Origin: Polyangiaceae bacterium
GTDB taxonomy: Bacteria; Myxococcota_A; Polyangia; Polyangiales; Polyangiaceae
Direction of reading: 5' to 3'
DNA length: 64,000 nucleotides
NCBI GenBank assembly: GCA_035063585.1
Contig: JAPSGB010000008.1
Span: 245,294 to 309,293, forward strand
The notes under the pieces are model-generated. The model saw only the letters and a program-made list of their open reading frames with translations, was not told where the DNA came from and did no database searches. The translations under genes were made by a program, and so were the position numbers. Position 1 is the first letter of the stretch, and each line of letters begins with the position of its first letter. Below, one piece after another: positions 18,740 through 28,391 of this stretch.

Positions 18740-20656
18740 ATGAAGCGGTCTCGGGATCTGCTGGCGGTATCTTCTCTGCTCTTGATGCTGGGCGGCGCGC
18801 TCGGGTTCGCGGGTTGCGCGAGCGGCGGCTCGACCGACGACTCGTCGGGGTTCGGGGGGCAGGCCGGCAGCGGCGGGTCCGACGCGGGCCTCGGTGGCGC
18901 GAGCGGCAGCGGGACCGGCGGCGCGAGCGGAGCCGGCGGCAGCGGAACCGGCGGCGCGAGCGGAGCCGGTGGTCTGGGCGGCGCGGCCGGCGGCGGGAGC
19001 GGCGGCGCGGCAGGTGACGACGGCGGACTCGGCGGCGCGGGCGGACTCGGCGGCGCGGGCGGGCTCGGCGGCGCGGGCGGACTCGGCGGCGCGGGTGGAA
19101 CCGGCGGCGGAGGAGGGTGCGCGTGCGCGCCGGACACGTACGACGTCGACAACAACCCGCTCACCGGAGCGTGCGGCTGCGAGTACTCGTGCGTGAAGAC
19201 GGCGGAGGGACGCGCGGGCAAGGACCCCATCGATCCTGGCTTCACGGACGACAACTGCGACGGCGGCGATGGCCTGGTCGAGCAGTGCGTGTACGTCTCG
19301 GCGACGAGCGGCGACGACGCGACGGGCGCGGGCACCCGCGATGAACCGGTCCGCACGATCGCGCGCGCGATCGCGGTCGCGAAGGACAACGCGATCCCGG
19401 CGGTGTGTCTCTCCGGCGATCGCTACGACGAGGCGGTGACGGTCGAGAGCGGGATCAGCATCTACGGCGGCTTCGACGAAGGCATCGGGGACTTCCGGTT
19501 CCGCCGCGCAGCGAGCGCGACCACGCTCGTGGTCGCCGAGGGGACGGTGTTCCTCGCGCCGAAGATTGACAAGGAGACGCACATCGAGGGGCTCACGATC
19601 CAAGCCGAGACGCCCCCTGGCTCGGGTGAGAGCACCTACGGGGTGCGACTCGTCGCCGGCAGCGGGACGCTCTACGTGCGCTATGACGAGATCCTCGCGC
19701 GGGCCGGGAGCGCGGGCGGCGCGGGGACCAACGGGGCTTCCCAGGGCGGCACCGCTTCGGGGGGCACTCAAGGCGCTTCGGGCGGCGAGACCTGCCCGTC
19801 GTGCGGCGACGGCGCCGGCGCGCCGAGTTGCGGCGCCGCGGACGTCATCGCCGGCGTGGGCGGCAACGGCGCGAAGGGTAATGGACTGAGCGGCCAAGCT
19901 GGAGGTGTCGGCGGCTCGGGCGTCGGCGGCGGGACCGCTGGCGCGGGCGCCGACCCGAACGGCTGCACACCCGCCATCTCCGACCCCGGGACGCCCGGCT
20001 CGCCCGGTGGCCCGGGGGCGAAGGGCGCCGATGGGACGCGCGGTGCCGGCGGCGGTTCCGTCGGAACCATCGCGGCGGGAGCGTACTTGCCCGCGAACGG
20101 CGCGAAGGGCGGCGACGGCGGGAACGGCAAGGGCGGGGGCGGCGGCGGCGGCGGCGGCGCGGGAAGCGGTGCGGGCCTCTGCTTAAGCAAGTGGGACTCG
20201 GGCGGCGGCGGCGGCTCGGGCGGCTGTGGCGGCCTCGGCGGTGGCGGCGGCCTCGGCGGCGGCGGCGGCGGTGGGAGCTTCGGCGTCTTCGCGGTGGCCG
20301 GGAAGGTGGTCGTGTCCGGGAACGAGATCACGACCTCAGCGGGCGGGGCCGGCGGCAAGGGCGGAGATGGCGGCACGGCGCAGGTCGGTGGGAACGGCGG
20401 TCCCGGCGGCTCACACAGCGACGACAGCGGCCCGGGCGGCCCGGGCGGCGCCGGTGGCGCTGGCGGCGCGGGCGCACCCGGTGCTGGGGGCGGCGGGGGA
20501 CCGAGCACCTGTCTCGGCTACGGTACCCAGGTGGGTACCAAGACGTTCTCGGCGAACTCGTGCTCCACCGGGCTACCCGGGCGGGGCGGCGCGGGCGGCG
20601 ACGGCGGTAACCCGGGGATGGACGGCACGGCCGGGACGCAGGTCCAGATCAACTGA
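18740..20656 (+). CDS. Gly-rich (PGRS-like) surface lipoprotein with a beta-helix cap (DUF1565-like)
   Basis: Lipobox FAGC, GGAGGL repeats, DDNCDG, YVS...GDD...GTRDEPVRTIARAI, ISIYGGF and long Gly runs. Confidence 0.8.
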   Translation: MKRSRDLLAVSSLLLMLGGALGFAGCASGGSTDDSSGFGGQAGSGGSDAGLGGASGSGTGGASGAGGSGTGGASGAGGLGGAAGGGSGGAAGDDGGLGGAGGLGGAGGLGGAGGLGGAGGTGGGGGCACAPDTYDVDNNPLTGACGCEYSCVKTAEGRAGKDPIDPGFTDDNCDGGDGLVEQCVYVSATSGDDATGAGTRDEPVRTIARAIAVAKDNAIPAVCLSGDRYDEAVTVESGISIYGGFDEGIGDFRFRRAASATTLVVAEGTVFLAPKIDKETHIEGLTIQAETPPGSGESTYGVRLVAGSGTLYVRYDEILARAGSAGGAGTNGASQGGTASGGTQGASGGETCPSCGDGAGAPSCGAADVIAGVGGNGAKGNGLSGQAGGVGGSGVGGGTAGAGADPNGCTPAISDPGTPGSPGGPGAKGADGTRGAGGGSVGTIAAGAYLPANGAKGGDGGNGKGGGGGGGGGAGSGAGLCLSKWDSGGGGGSGGCGGLGGGGGLGGGGGGGSFGVFAVAGKVVVSGNEITTSAGGAGGKGGDGGTAQVGGNGGPGGSHSDDSGPGGPGGAGGAGGAGAPGAGGGGGPSTCLGYGTQVGTKTFSANSCSTGLPGRGGAGGDGGNPGMDGTAGTQVQIN

Positions 20657-20706
20657 GCCGCGCCGGCTGACGCCGGCGCCTCGGAGTCCTCCTTGCGGAG
20701 CTTCGC

Positions 20707-20904
20707 TCACGAGCCGAGGCAGCCGCCGCCGGCGAGGCCGCCACGGCCGGCCGAGCTGCTCGAGCCGTTCGCGCCTGCGTGACCACCCGAGCCGTTCGCG
20801 CCGCCGAATCCGCCGCCGTTACCGCTCATACCGCAGGCACCTCCGAGCCCTCCGACCGTGAGCCCGAGCGAGAGCGCGAGGAAACGCTGCCGATAGACTC
20901 CCAT
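20707..20904 (-). CDS. 65-aa lipoprotein stub (signal peptide, Cys and Gly linker only); possibly a truncated remnant
   Basis: Hydrophobic signal ending in GGAC, then a Gly/Ser-rich stretch and a stop, with no folded domain. Confidence 0.5.
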   Translation of the reverse strand: MGVYRQRFLALSLGLTVGGLGGACGMSGNGGGFGGANGSGGHAGANGSSSSAGRGGLAGGGCLGS

Positions 20905-20978
20905 GATGATGGGATTACGCCGCGCACCGGCTGGAATTTCAAGCGCGCCAGCGGCGTTCGAGTCATGGTGGCCGCCCG

Positions 20979-22649
20979 GTGACCAGCCCGCCCAGCGATC
21001 ACGTTTCGGTTCGCTCGCGCGCGCGCGCGCTTGCTCCAGGTCCCCGCGCGCTCGTCGTCCTCGCCGCGTTGGTCGCGCACCTGCCTGCTCTCGGCAACGG
21101 CTTCACCACCGATGACCGGTCGCTCCTCGTCGATAACCCGTTCCTCCGCTCGGCGCGCGGGCTCCCGACGCTCCTCTCGAGCGAGATGTTCATCGCGAGC
21201 GGGGAGCCGACGCTGACCCCGTACTACCGCCCGCTGTCCTCGCTCCTCTACTGGCTGAGCTACCAGGGTCTCGGCGCCCGAGCGCCGCTCCAGCACGGGC
21301 TCAACGTCGTGATGCACATGGCTGTCGCGTGGCTGCTGGTGGTCACCGTCGAGCGGCTCGGCGCGAGCCGCGCGGCCGCGGCCGCGAGCGGGCTCCTCTT
21401 CGCGGTGCACCCCGTCGGCAGCGAGCTCGTGGCGTACCTCGGCGGCCGTCAGGACATGCTCGGCTGGCTCTTTGCGCTCGCGGCGCTCCTCGTGGTGTCG
21501 CGCGGCGCGCTCGGCCTGCGCGCGGGGCTCCTGGTGTTCCTCGCGACCTTCGCCGCGATCTCGTCGCGGGAGTTCTTCCTGTTCTTTCCGCCGGTGCTCG
21601 CGACCGCGGCGCTCTTGCGCGGCGCGCGGGCGGGCAGCGCGCGTCGCGCCGCGGTCGCGCTCCTCGGCAGCGGCGCCGCGGTCGCGGCCGCGACGGGCCT
21701 GCGGCGCGCGCTCGGGCTCATCCCGCTGGTCCCGCCTCCGGCGAGCCCGTCGAGCTGGCTTCGGGCCGCCGCGACCGTCGAGCTCCGGCTGCTCCGCGAC
21801 GCGCTCGCGCCGACCGATCTCAGCCACGCCTCGACCCTCCCGCTCGTGCCCGGGTCCGCGGCGCTCGCGGTCCTCACGCTCACCGCGCTCGCGGCCGCCG
21901 CAGGGTTCGCGTGGCTTCGCCGGAGCGCGCCCGAGCGGCTCGCCGCCTACGCGGTCGGGGTCGCGGTCTTCGGGGTCGCGTTCATCGCGCACGCCGCGGT
22001 GCTCCTGCGCTTCGGCTACATCTCGGATCGCTACGCCTACGTGACGCTGCTCGGTCTCACGCTGGCGGGCGCCGCCGCGGCCTCGCCGATCGCGCGCGAG
22101 GCGTCGCGGGGACTGAGCGCGCGGTTCGCGCGTCGGATGCGGCTCGCGCCGCTCGTGCTCGCGGTCGCCACGCTCCCGCTCACCTGGTCGCGCGACCTCG
22201 CTTGGAAGGACGACGAGACCTTGATCTCGACCATGATCGCGGATCGCCCGGACGATCCCGAGTCGGAGTTCGCGCGGGCGTCGCTGGCCCTCGAACACGC
22301 GGGCCTCGACGCCGCCCATCCGCACTGTCTCCGCTACGCCGAGGCGCGACCGGAGAGCGACAAGGCGGCGTTTTGCCTCGGCGCGTGGCTCCTCGCCCAT
22401 GGCCGCGCGCGCGAGGCGGTCCCGCTCCTCGAGCGTTACGTTCGCGGCCGGCCGGGGTTCGCGCCGTCGCGGCGCGCGCTCCTCGCGGCGCTCCTCGCGT
22501 CCGGGCAGCTCGACGCGGTCGACCGGTGGCTCGCGCTCCTCGAGCCCGACTTTCCCGGCGCCTCGGAGCTCGTCGAGGCGCGCGCCGAGCTCGCGCGCCG
22601 CCGCGCCGCGCCGCCGGCCGCGCCGGACCGGCACCCAGACCCCCGGTGA
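20979..22649 (+). CDS. GT-C fold membrane glycosyltransferase (TMTC-like) with C-terminal TPR-like region
   Basis: FTTDD, YYRPL, LFAVHP...E.V..L.GR and DRYAY motifs, many TM helices, W-x-D motif and a helical tail. Confidence 0.75.
   Translation: MTSPPSDHVSVRSRARALAPGPRALVVLAALVAHLPALGNGFTTDDRSLLVDNPFLRSARGLPTLLSSEMFIASGEPTLTPYYRPLSSLLYWLSYQGLGARAPLQHGLNVVMHMAVAWLLVVTVERLGASRAAAAASGLLFAVHPVGSELVAYLGGRQDMLGWLFALAALLVVSRGALGLRAGLLVFLATFAAISSREFFLFFPPVLATAALLRGARAGSARRAAVALLGSGAAVAAATGLRRALGLIPLVPPPASPSSWLRAAATVELRLLRDALAPTDLSHASTLPLVPGSAALAVLTLTALAAAAGFAWLRRSAPERLAAYAVGVAVFGVAFIAHAAVLLRFGYISDRYAYVTLLGLTLAGAAAASPIAREASRGLSARFARRMRLAPLVLAVATLPLTWSRDLAWKDDETLISTMIADRPDDPESEFARASLALEHAGLDAAHPHCLRYAEARPESDKAAFCLGAWLLAHGRAREAVPLLERYVRGRPGFAPSRRALLAALLASGQLDAVDRWLALLEPDFPGASELVEARAELARRRAAPPAAPDRHPDPR
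22607..22630 (+). repeat. Dispersed repeat copy CGCGCCGCCGGCCGCGCCGGACCG
   Basis: The identical 24-mer occurs at 51735 and 62575; this copy lies in the last codons of a CDS. Confidence 0.75.
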
Positions 22650-22713
22650 GGCTCGGCGAGTCGCCGTGAGCACGCTCGCCGCCGCGTTGCCCGCGGCGCC
22701 GAGCCGGATTTTG

Positions 22714-22787
22714 TCGGGGCGGGCAGATTCGAACTGCCGACCTCACGGACCCGAACCGTGCGCGCTACCAAACTGCGCTACGCCCCG
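22714..22787 (-). tRNA. tRNA-Pro (anticodon CGG); CCA end not encoded
   Basis: Minus strand CGGGGCGTAGCGCAGTTTGGTAGCGCGCACGGTTCGGGTCCGTGAGGTCGGCAGTTCGAATCTGCCCGCCCCGA folds into a full cloverleaf with a GTTCGAA T-loop and is followed by CAA. Confidence 0.97.
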
Positions 22788-22823
22788 AAGGCCCCGCGGG
22801 CTTTCTCTCCCACGGGGCGGCGG

Positions 22824-22852
22824 AGAATGTTCTCCGCGAACCAGTCTGTCAA
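22824..22852 (-). promoter_or_regulatory. Sigma70-type promoter for tRNA-Pro
   Basis: TTGACA (22852-22847), 17-bp spacer, CATTCT (22829-22824), then a GC-rich discriminator. Confidence 0.75.
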
Positions 22853-22865
22853 GCTGGCTCTTCGC

Positions 22866-23849
22866 TCAGCCCTTCGCGGCCTTGTGCTTCTTCAGCTCCT
22901 CGACCAGCGCGGGGACCGCCTGGAACAGATCGGCCACCAGCCCGTAGTCGGCGATCTGGAAGATGGGCGCCTCCGGGTCCTTGTTGATGGCGACGATCGT
23001 CTTCGAGCCCTTCATGCCGGCGATGTGCTGGATGGCGCCCGAGATGCCGATCGCGAAGTAGAGGCTCGGCGCGACGATCTTGCCCGTCTGCCCGACCTGG
23101 AAGTCGCCGGGGGCGTAGCCCGCGTCGCAGGCGGCGCGGCTCGCGCCGATGGCGGCGCCCAGGAGATCGGCGAGCGGCTCGAGCACGTCGAAGAACTTCT
23201 CCTTCACCGCGCGCCCGCCGCTCACGACCACGCTCGCGTCGGTGAGCTCGGGGCGCTCGCTCTTGACCGTCTCGAGGGAGACGAACCCGACGCGGCCCGC
23301 CGCGGCCCCCGCGGCCGCTCGGGCGACGTCCTCGATGGGTGAGGCGCCGCCGCTCGGCGCCGCCGCGTCGAACTCGCTCTGACGCGCGCTGGCGACCTTG
23401 ATGGCCGTGTCGAGCTGACAGTAGCCGTAGGCGTTGCCCGCGAACATCGGGCGCTTGAAGGTGAGGGCGCCGCCCTCGGCGCTGACGTCCGAGCAGTCGC
23501 CGGCGTAGGCGGCGTCGAGGCGCGCGGCGACCCGCGGCATGAGGTCCTTGCCGAAGCTCGACGCGGTCGCGCAGACGAGGTCGAAGCCCTTGCCGAGCGC
23601 CGCGACCGTCGGCGCGAAGGCCTCGGCGGTGTAGTTTTTCAGCGAGGCGTCGTCGCACGCGAAGATCTTCGCGGCGCCGAAGCCGGTGAGCTCGGCGGCG
23701 GCGGCCTTCGCGCCGGCGCCGATGACCAGGATCGAGAACGAGCCGCCCGCGGCGGGCGCGGCCTTGCGCGCCATGGTGATGGCGGAGTGGGTGGCCTTGC
23801 GGACCTTCCCGTCTTCCGTGAGCTCTGCGACAACGAGTACACCTGACAT
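22866..23849 (-). CDS. etfA: Electron transfer flavoprotein alpha subunit
   Basis: [27 protein letters not shown] and [11 protein letters not shown]. Confidence 0.97.
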   Translation of the reverse strand: MSGVLVVAELTEDGKVRKATHSAITMARKAAPAAGGSFSILVIGAGAKAAAAELTGFGAAKIFACDDASLKNYTAEAFAPTVAALGKGFDLVCATASSFGKDLMPRVAARLDAAYAGDCSDVSAEGGALTFKRPMFAGNAYGYCQLDTAIKVASARQSEFDAAAPSGGASPIEDVARAAAGAAAGRVGFVSLETVKSERPELTDASVVVSGGRAVKEKFFDVLEPLADLLGAAIGASRAACDAGYAPGDFQVGQTGKIVAPSLYFAIGISGAIQHIAGMKGSKTIVAINKDPEAPIFQIADYGLVADLFQAVPALVEELKKHKAAKG

Positions 23850-23868
23850 CTTGGTTGCTCCTTAACGC

Positions 23869-24696
23869 TCAGATGACCTTGGCTTCGCTCGAGAGCTTCT
23901 CGACGAGCTCGGCCACGTCCTTGACCTTGACGCCGGCCTTGCGCGCGGGCGGCGGCTCGAACTTGAGATAGCGGGTGGTGACCTTGGCGCCGCCCGTGAG
24001 GTCGGCGAGGGCCTTCACGTCGAGCGGCTTCTTCTTGGCCGCCATGATGGCCGGCAGCGCCGCGAAGCGGACGCCGTCGTTATACTTGTGCGAGGCGTCG
24101 GTGAGCTTCGAGTACACGCTGGTGGGCGCCACGATGCGGAGATCGACGGTGACCACCGCGGGGAACCCGAGGCGCAGCGAGAGCACCCCGCCGTCCACCT
24201 CGCGGCCGACCAGGACGCCGCCGTCCTCTTCCTTGATGGTCGCGGCGAAGGTCGCCATCGGGTAGTCGAGGAGCTCGGCGAGCTGCTGGCCGACCTGGTT
24301 CGAGTCCCCGTCGACGGCCTGCTTGCCGAGGAGCACGAGGTCGGGCTTCTCTTGCTCGACGAGCGATTTCAGGGCGTGGGCGACCACGCGGCCGTCGAGC
24401 TCCTCGTCGGTCGCCTCCACGCGGATGGCGCGGTCGGCGCCGGTGGCGAGCGCGGAGCGGAGGGTCGTCTCGGCGTCCTTCGGGCCGATGGTGGCGACCA
24501 CCACCTCGCCCTCGCGCTTCTTCGGCGTCTTGCCGTTCTCGGTGAGCCGCAGCGCGGCCTCGAGCGCGTACTCGTCGAACGGATTCATCTTCCATTCGAG
24601 GCCGGCGGTGTCGATCTTCGCGCCGTCGGCGGGGATCTTCACCTTGTTGGCGTTGTCGGGGTCGGCGACCCGCTTGAGGGCGACCAGGATCTTCAC
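23869..24696 (-). CDS. etfB: Electron transfer flavoprotein beta subunit
   Basis: MKILVALKRVAD, NPFDEYALE, GKQAVDGD and REVDGG. Confidence 0.97.
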   Translation of the reverse strand: MKILVALKRVADPDNANKVKIPADGAKIDTAGLEWKMNPFDEYALEAALRLTENGKTPKKREGEVVVATIGPKDAETTLRSALATGADRAIRVEATDEELDGRVVAHALKSLVEQEKPDLVLLGKQAVDGDSNQVGQQLAELLDYPMATFAATIKEEDGGVLVGREVDGGVLSLRLGFPAVVTVDLRIVAPTSVYSKLTDASHKYNDGVRFAALPAIMAAKKKPLDVKALADLTGGAKVTTRYLKFEPPPARKAGVKVKDVAELVEKLSSEAKVI

Positions 24697-24871
24697 GACG
24701 GACCTCCAGGGCAGGGGCGTCTCGGTCCGGCCTCGTGGCCGGAAGACGCGGAAGCGTGGGAACCACTACCCGCTAGGAAGCATCGCGTCAACGGGTCTCG
24801 ACCGGGATCTATTGCCGGCTCGGCGCGGAACCCGGCCCGCGGCGGAGACGATGCGCTAAGAAGCGGAAGCG

Positions 24872-26479
24872 ATGGCGCGCCATACAGACTTCCTGGTGCT
24901 CGGCAGCGGCGTGGCCGGGCTCTCCTTCGCGCTCCGCGCGGCCCGATACGGCGAGGTCACGGTAGTGACCAAGCGCGGCGGCGGGGACGCCTCGACGGCG
25001 TGGGCGCAGGGCGGCGTGGCGGCGGTGCTCGCGCCCGAGGACTCCTTCGAGCGCCATTTCGACGACACCATGCGAGCCGGCGCCGGGCTCTGCCACGACG
25101 TGGTGGTCGAGCTCTGCGTGCGCGAGGGCCCCGACGACGTGCGCGCGCTCATCGCGCTCGGCGCGGAGTTCTCCCGCGGCGAGGACGGCGAGCTCGACCT
25201 CGGGCGCGAGGGGGGCCACACCGCGCGGCGCGTGGCGCACGCGAGCGATCTCACCGGGCGCGAGATCGAGCGGACGCTCCTCGAGGCGGTGGCGCGCACG
25301 CCGAACATCCTGCTGCTCGAAGAGCACATGGCGATCGATCTCATCACGCTCTCGAAGTTCGGCGGCCCGGACCAGTGCGTGGGCGCGTACCTGCTCGATC
25401 ATGCGCGCGGGGCGATCGAGACCGTGCTCGCGCGGGCGACCATCCTCGCCACCGGCGGCGCGGGCAAGGTGTACCTCTACACGACGAACCCCGACGTCGC
25501 CTCGGGCGATGGCGTGGCGATGGCGTATCGAGCCGGCGCCGAGATCGCGAACATGGAATTTTATCAATTCCACCCGACCGCGCTCTACCACCCGAAGGCG
25601 AAGAGCTTCCTCGTGAGCGAGGCGCTCCGCGGCGAGGGCGCCGTGCTCCGGCTCCTCGACGGCGAGCCGTTCATGAAGCGTTACCATGAGATGGCCGATC
25701 TCGCGCCGCGCGACGTGGTGGCGCGCGCCATCGACCACGAGATGAAGAAGAGCGGCGCCGATCACGTGCTCCTCGACATCTCTCATCAAACACCGGACTT
25801 CATCCGCGAGCGCTTCCCGAACATCGCGGCCGAGTGTCTGCGCTTCGGCATCGACATCACGCGCGAGCCGATGCCCGTGGTGCCGGCGGCGCACTTCATG
25901 TGCGGTGGGGTCACCTCCGATCTCCACGGGCGCACCTCGCTGCCCGGCCTGTGGGCGGTGGGTGAGACGGCCTGCACGGGCCTGCATGGCGCCAACCGCC
26001 TGGCCTCGAACTCGCTCCTCGAGGGGCTGGTGTTCGGGCGCCGAGCCGCCGACAAGCTCGCGAGCAAGCTCGCAGAGCTGCGCTCCGCGTCCCTCCCGGA
26101 CGTGCCCGACTGGCAGGTCGGTACCGCGGGGGTGAGCGACGAGGCGGTGGTGGTGTCGCAGAGCTGGGACGAGATTCGCCGGCTCATGTGGAACTACGTC
26201 GGCATCGTGCGGAGCGACGCGCGGCTGCGCCGCGCCGCGCGCCGCATCGCCCTCCTCGAGGAGGAGATCCGCGAGTATTACTGGAAGCACCTGGTGACCC
26301 GCGATCTCCTCGAGCTCCGCAACATCGCGACCGTCGCCGAGCTCATCATCGCCTCGGCCGCGAGCCGCCGCGAGAGCCGCGGTCTGCACTACACCACCGA
26401 CCACCCCGAGACGCGCGCGGATTGGGCGCTCGACACCGTCACCAAGCGCGGCGTGGCGCCGCACCTCCGCGGGCGATGA
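24872..26479 (+). CDS. nadB: L-aspartate oxidase
   Basis: GSGVAG, WAQGG, REGGH, FYQFHPT, SEALRGEG, LAPRD, LHGANRLASNSLLE and ESRGLHY. Confidence 0.96.
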   Translation: MARHTDFLVLGSGVAGLSFALRAARYGEVTVVTKRGGGDASTAWAQGGVAAVLAPEDSFERHFDDTMRAGAGLCHDVVVELCVREGPDDVRALIALGAEFSRGEDGELDLGREGGHTARRVAHASDLTGREIERTLLEAVARTPNILLLEEHMAIDLITLSKFGGPDQCVGAYLLDHARGAIETVLARATILATGGAGKVYLYTTNPDVASGDGVAMAYRAGAEIANMEFYQFHPTALYHPKAKSFLVSEALRGEGAVLRLLDGEPFMKRYHEMADLAPRDVVARAIDHEMKKSGADHVLLDISHQTPDFIRERFPNIAAECLRFGIDITREPMPVVPAAHFMCGGVTSDLHGRTSLPGLWAVGETACTGLHGANRLASNSLLEGLVFGRRAADKLASKLAELRSASLPDVPDWQVGTAGVSDEAVVVSQSWDEIRRLMWNYVGIVRSDARLRRAARRIALLEEEIREYYWKHLVTRDLLELRNIATVAELIIASAASRRESRGLHYTTDHPETRADWALDTVTKRGVAPHLRGR

Positions 26480-27303
26480 CGACGGGCGCGGACCGCCCGC
26501 TGTCGCACGGGGTGGCGCTCGCGTGGGCGGTCGGCGCGAGCCTCGCGCTCGCCCAGCTACTCCGCCTGACCATCGCGCTCCGCCCCTCGGCCGCGACCGA
26601 CATCGTCAACCTGGGCGCCGTGGAGGCCGCGGTGTTCCTCTTCGGAACCTTCGCCATCCTCAGGCTCCACGCGCCCGCGCGACCGGCGCGCGCGGCGCTC
26701 GGGCTCAGGTACACGCACCCCGGCCTCGCGGTGCTCGGGCTCGCGCTCGGGCTCGCGCTACAGCTCCCGAGCGAGTCCATTCGCCAGCTGGTCGAGGCGC
26801 GCTTCCCGACCCCCGAGACGGAGCTCGTGAGCCAGTCGCTCCTGCTCTCGGGGTCGACTCCGCTGCGCGCTGCGTTGGTGCTCATGGTCGCCGCCTGCGT
26901 CGGACCGCTGGTCGAAGAGCTCTTCTTCCGCGGGGCGATCTTCGGCGCGCTCCGCCGTAGCCACCCGGCGGCGCCGGCGGCGGCGACGACCGCGCTCGCC
27001 TTCGTGTTCGGGCACCTCGAGTGGCGCAATTGGCTGCCGCTGCTCCTGGTGGCCGCGGTGCTGAGCTACCTCCGAGTCGCCAGCGGCTCGCTCTTGCCGT
27101 GTCTCGCCCTTCACGTCGGCTTCAACGCCGCCTCCCTCATCGCGCTCTTTGCCGGCGTCGCCACACCGACCGAGCCGCTCGGGCTCGCCGCGCCGGTCGT
27201 CGCGGCCGGCTGGATGGTGACCGCGGCGCTCCTCTTCGGCGTGCAGCTCATCGCCGGGCGGAGCCCGGACGCCGAAGCCGCCCGCGCGGAGGATGCCACA
27301 TGA
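26476..27303 (+). CDS. CPBP (CAAX/Abi) family intramembrane metalloprotease
   Basis: EELFFRG, FGHL and HVGFN motifs in a polytopic membrane protein; ATGA overlap with nadB. Confidence 0.9.
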   Translation: MTTGADRPLSHGVALAWAVGASLALAQLLRLTIALRPSAATDIVNLGAVEAAVFLFGTFAILRLHAPARPARAALGLRYTHPGLAVLGLALGLALQLPSESIRQLVEARFPTPETELVSQSLLLSGSTPLRAALVLMVAACVGPLVEELFFRGAIFGALRRSHPAAPAAATTALAFVFGHLEWRNWLPLLLVAAVLSYLRVASGSLLPCLALHVGFNAASLIALFAGVATPTEPLGLAAPVVAAGWMVTAALLFGVQLIAGRSPDAEAARAEDAT

Positions 27304-27770
27304 GGGCCGCGCTCGCGCTCGCCGTCGCCCTCGCGGTGAGCGGCTGTAAGAAGCCGTATCGGGTCGGCGAGTACGTGCTGGTCGAGTGGGACGGCCGCGA
27401 CTACCCGGCGTACATCATCGAAGAGAAGAGCGCGTCGCGCTTCCGCGTTCATTTCGAGGGCTACAGCGCGCGCTGGGATGACGACGTGAGCCTCGAGCGG
27501 ATCCACGGGCGCATCACCGGGCCGGTCACGCCGCCGCCCCCGCCGCGCTGGGTGGCGCTCGCCTCCGGCGCGCCGAGCGGGGCCGCGTCGGCCGCGCCCG
27601 TGAGCCCGTATCGGATCGGCGATCGCGTGCGGGTGACCTGGCGGGGCTCGACCTACAACGCCGCCATCATCGACATCGAGTCGCCGACCCGCGTGCGGGT
27701 CCACTACGAGGGGCTCGAGACCGCCTGGGACGAGACGGTGGACACGAGCCGCATCGTGTCGCGTCGCTGA
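27300..27770 (+). CDS. Lipoprotein with two Tudor-knot/Agenet-like domains
   Basis: Lipobox VSGC; two repeats of Y-R-[VI]-G...W.G..Y.A.II...RVH[FY]EG....WD..V separated by a Pro-rich linker; ATGA overlap with the upstream gene. Confidence 0.8.
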   Translation: MRAALALAVALAVSGCKKPYRVGEYVLVEWDGRDYPAYIIEEKSASRFRVHFEGYSARWDDDVSLERIHGRITGPVTPPPPPRWVALASGAPSGAASAAPVSPYRIGDRVRVTWRGSTYNAAIIDIESPTRVRVHYEGLETAWDETVDTSRIVSRR

Positions 27771-27929
27771 GCGGTGCGCGCGGTGCCCAGCCGGAGCCGT
27801 ATCCCTCCTCGCTCGCCGGGGCGCGCGCGGAAGTTGGCCGCGCGGCGCGCGCGCTGATAGACGCGAGTGACAGGCCCGCGAAGCCGGCTCTCCGCCGGGC
27901 GAGACGGGCCGCTGCCCCCAGGAGGCCCG

Positions 27930-28391
27930 ATGTCCGAGCACCCTCGCTCGAGAGCCGTGATCCGCGCCGCGCTCATCGCCGCGGCGCTCACCCTATCCCC
28001 CGCCGCGAGCGGCTCGACCGCGCCGGTCGCGCTCGGCAGGACCACGCTCGGCGCGGAGACGCGCGGCGCCGAAGCCCGTGACGCCTTTCGCGGCGTGGTG
28101 GCGCACGAGCTCGACGAGCTCGCGCTCGAGCGGGTGAGGGCGAGCGATCGCTTCGTCCTCTCGGCGACCCTCATGCGCCTCGAGGTCACCGCGCGCGACG
28201 ACGAGGCCGAGGCGACCTGCGTGGTGTCGGTGACGCTCAGCCGCGCTCGCGGGGGCGCGCTCCACGCCATCATCCGCGGGCGCGCCCGGGCGGTCGACGC
28301 GCCGAGCCGCTCGCGCGACGCCGGGCTCGCCGCGCTGACCCACGCGGTGCGGAGCGCGATGCGTCAGGTGCCCGAGGCGATCCGGCGCTGA
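27930..28391 (+). CDS. Hypothetical secreted protein
   Basis: GGAGG plus ATG 27930, a signal-peptide-like N-terminus and coding-like codon usage. Confidence 0.65.
   Translation: MSEHPRSRAVIRAALIAAALTLSPAASGSTAPVALGRTTLGAETRGAEARDAFRGVVAHELDELALERVRASDRFVLSATLMRLEVTARDDEAEATCVVSVTLSRARGGALHAIIRGRARAVDAPSRSRDAGLAALTHAVRSAMRQVPEAIRR

Noticed and set aside
22650..22790. tRNA-Pro as the integration site of a genomic island
   Set aside because: No integrase, no duplicated tRNA 3' end and no obvious compositional shift were seen.
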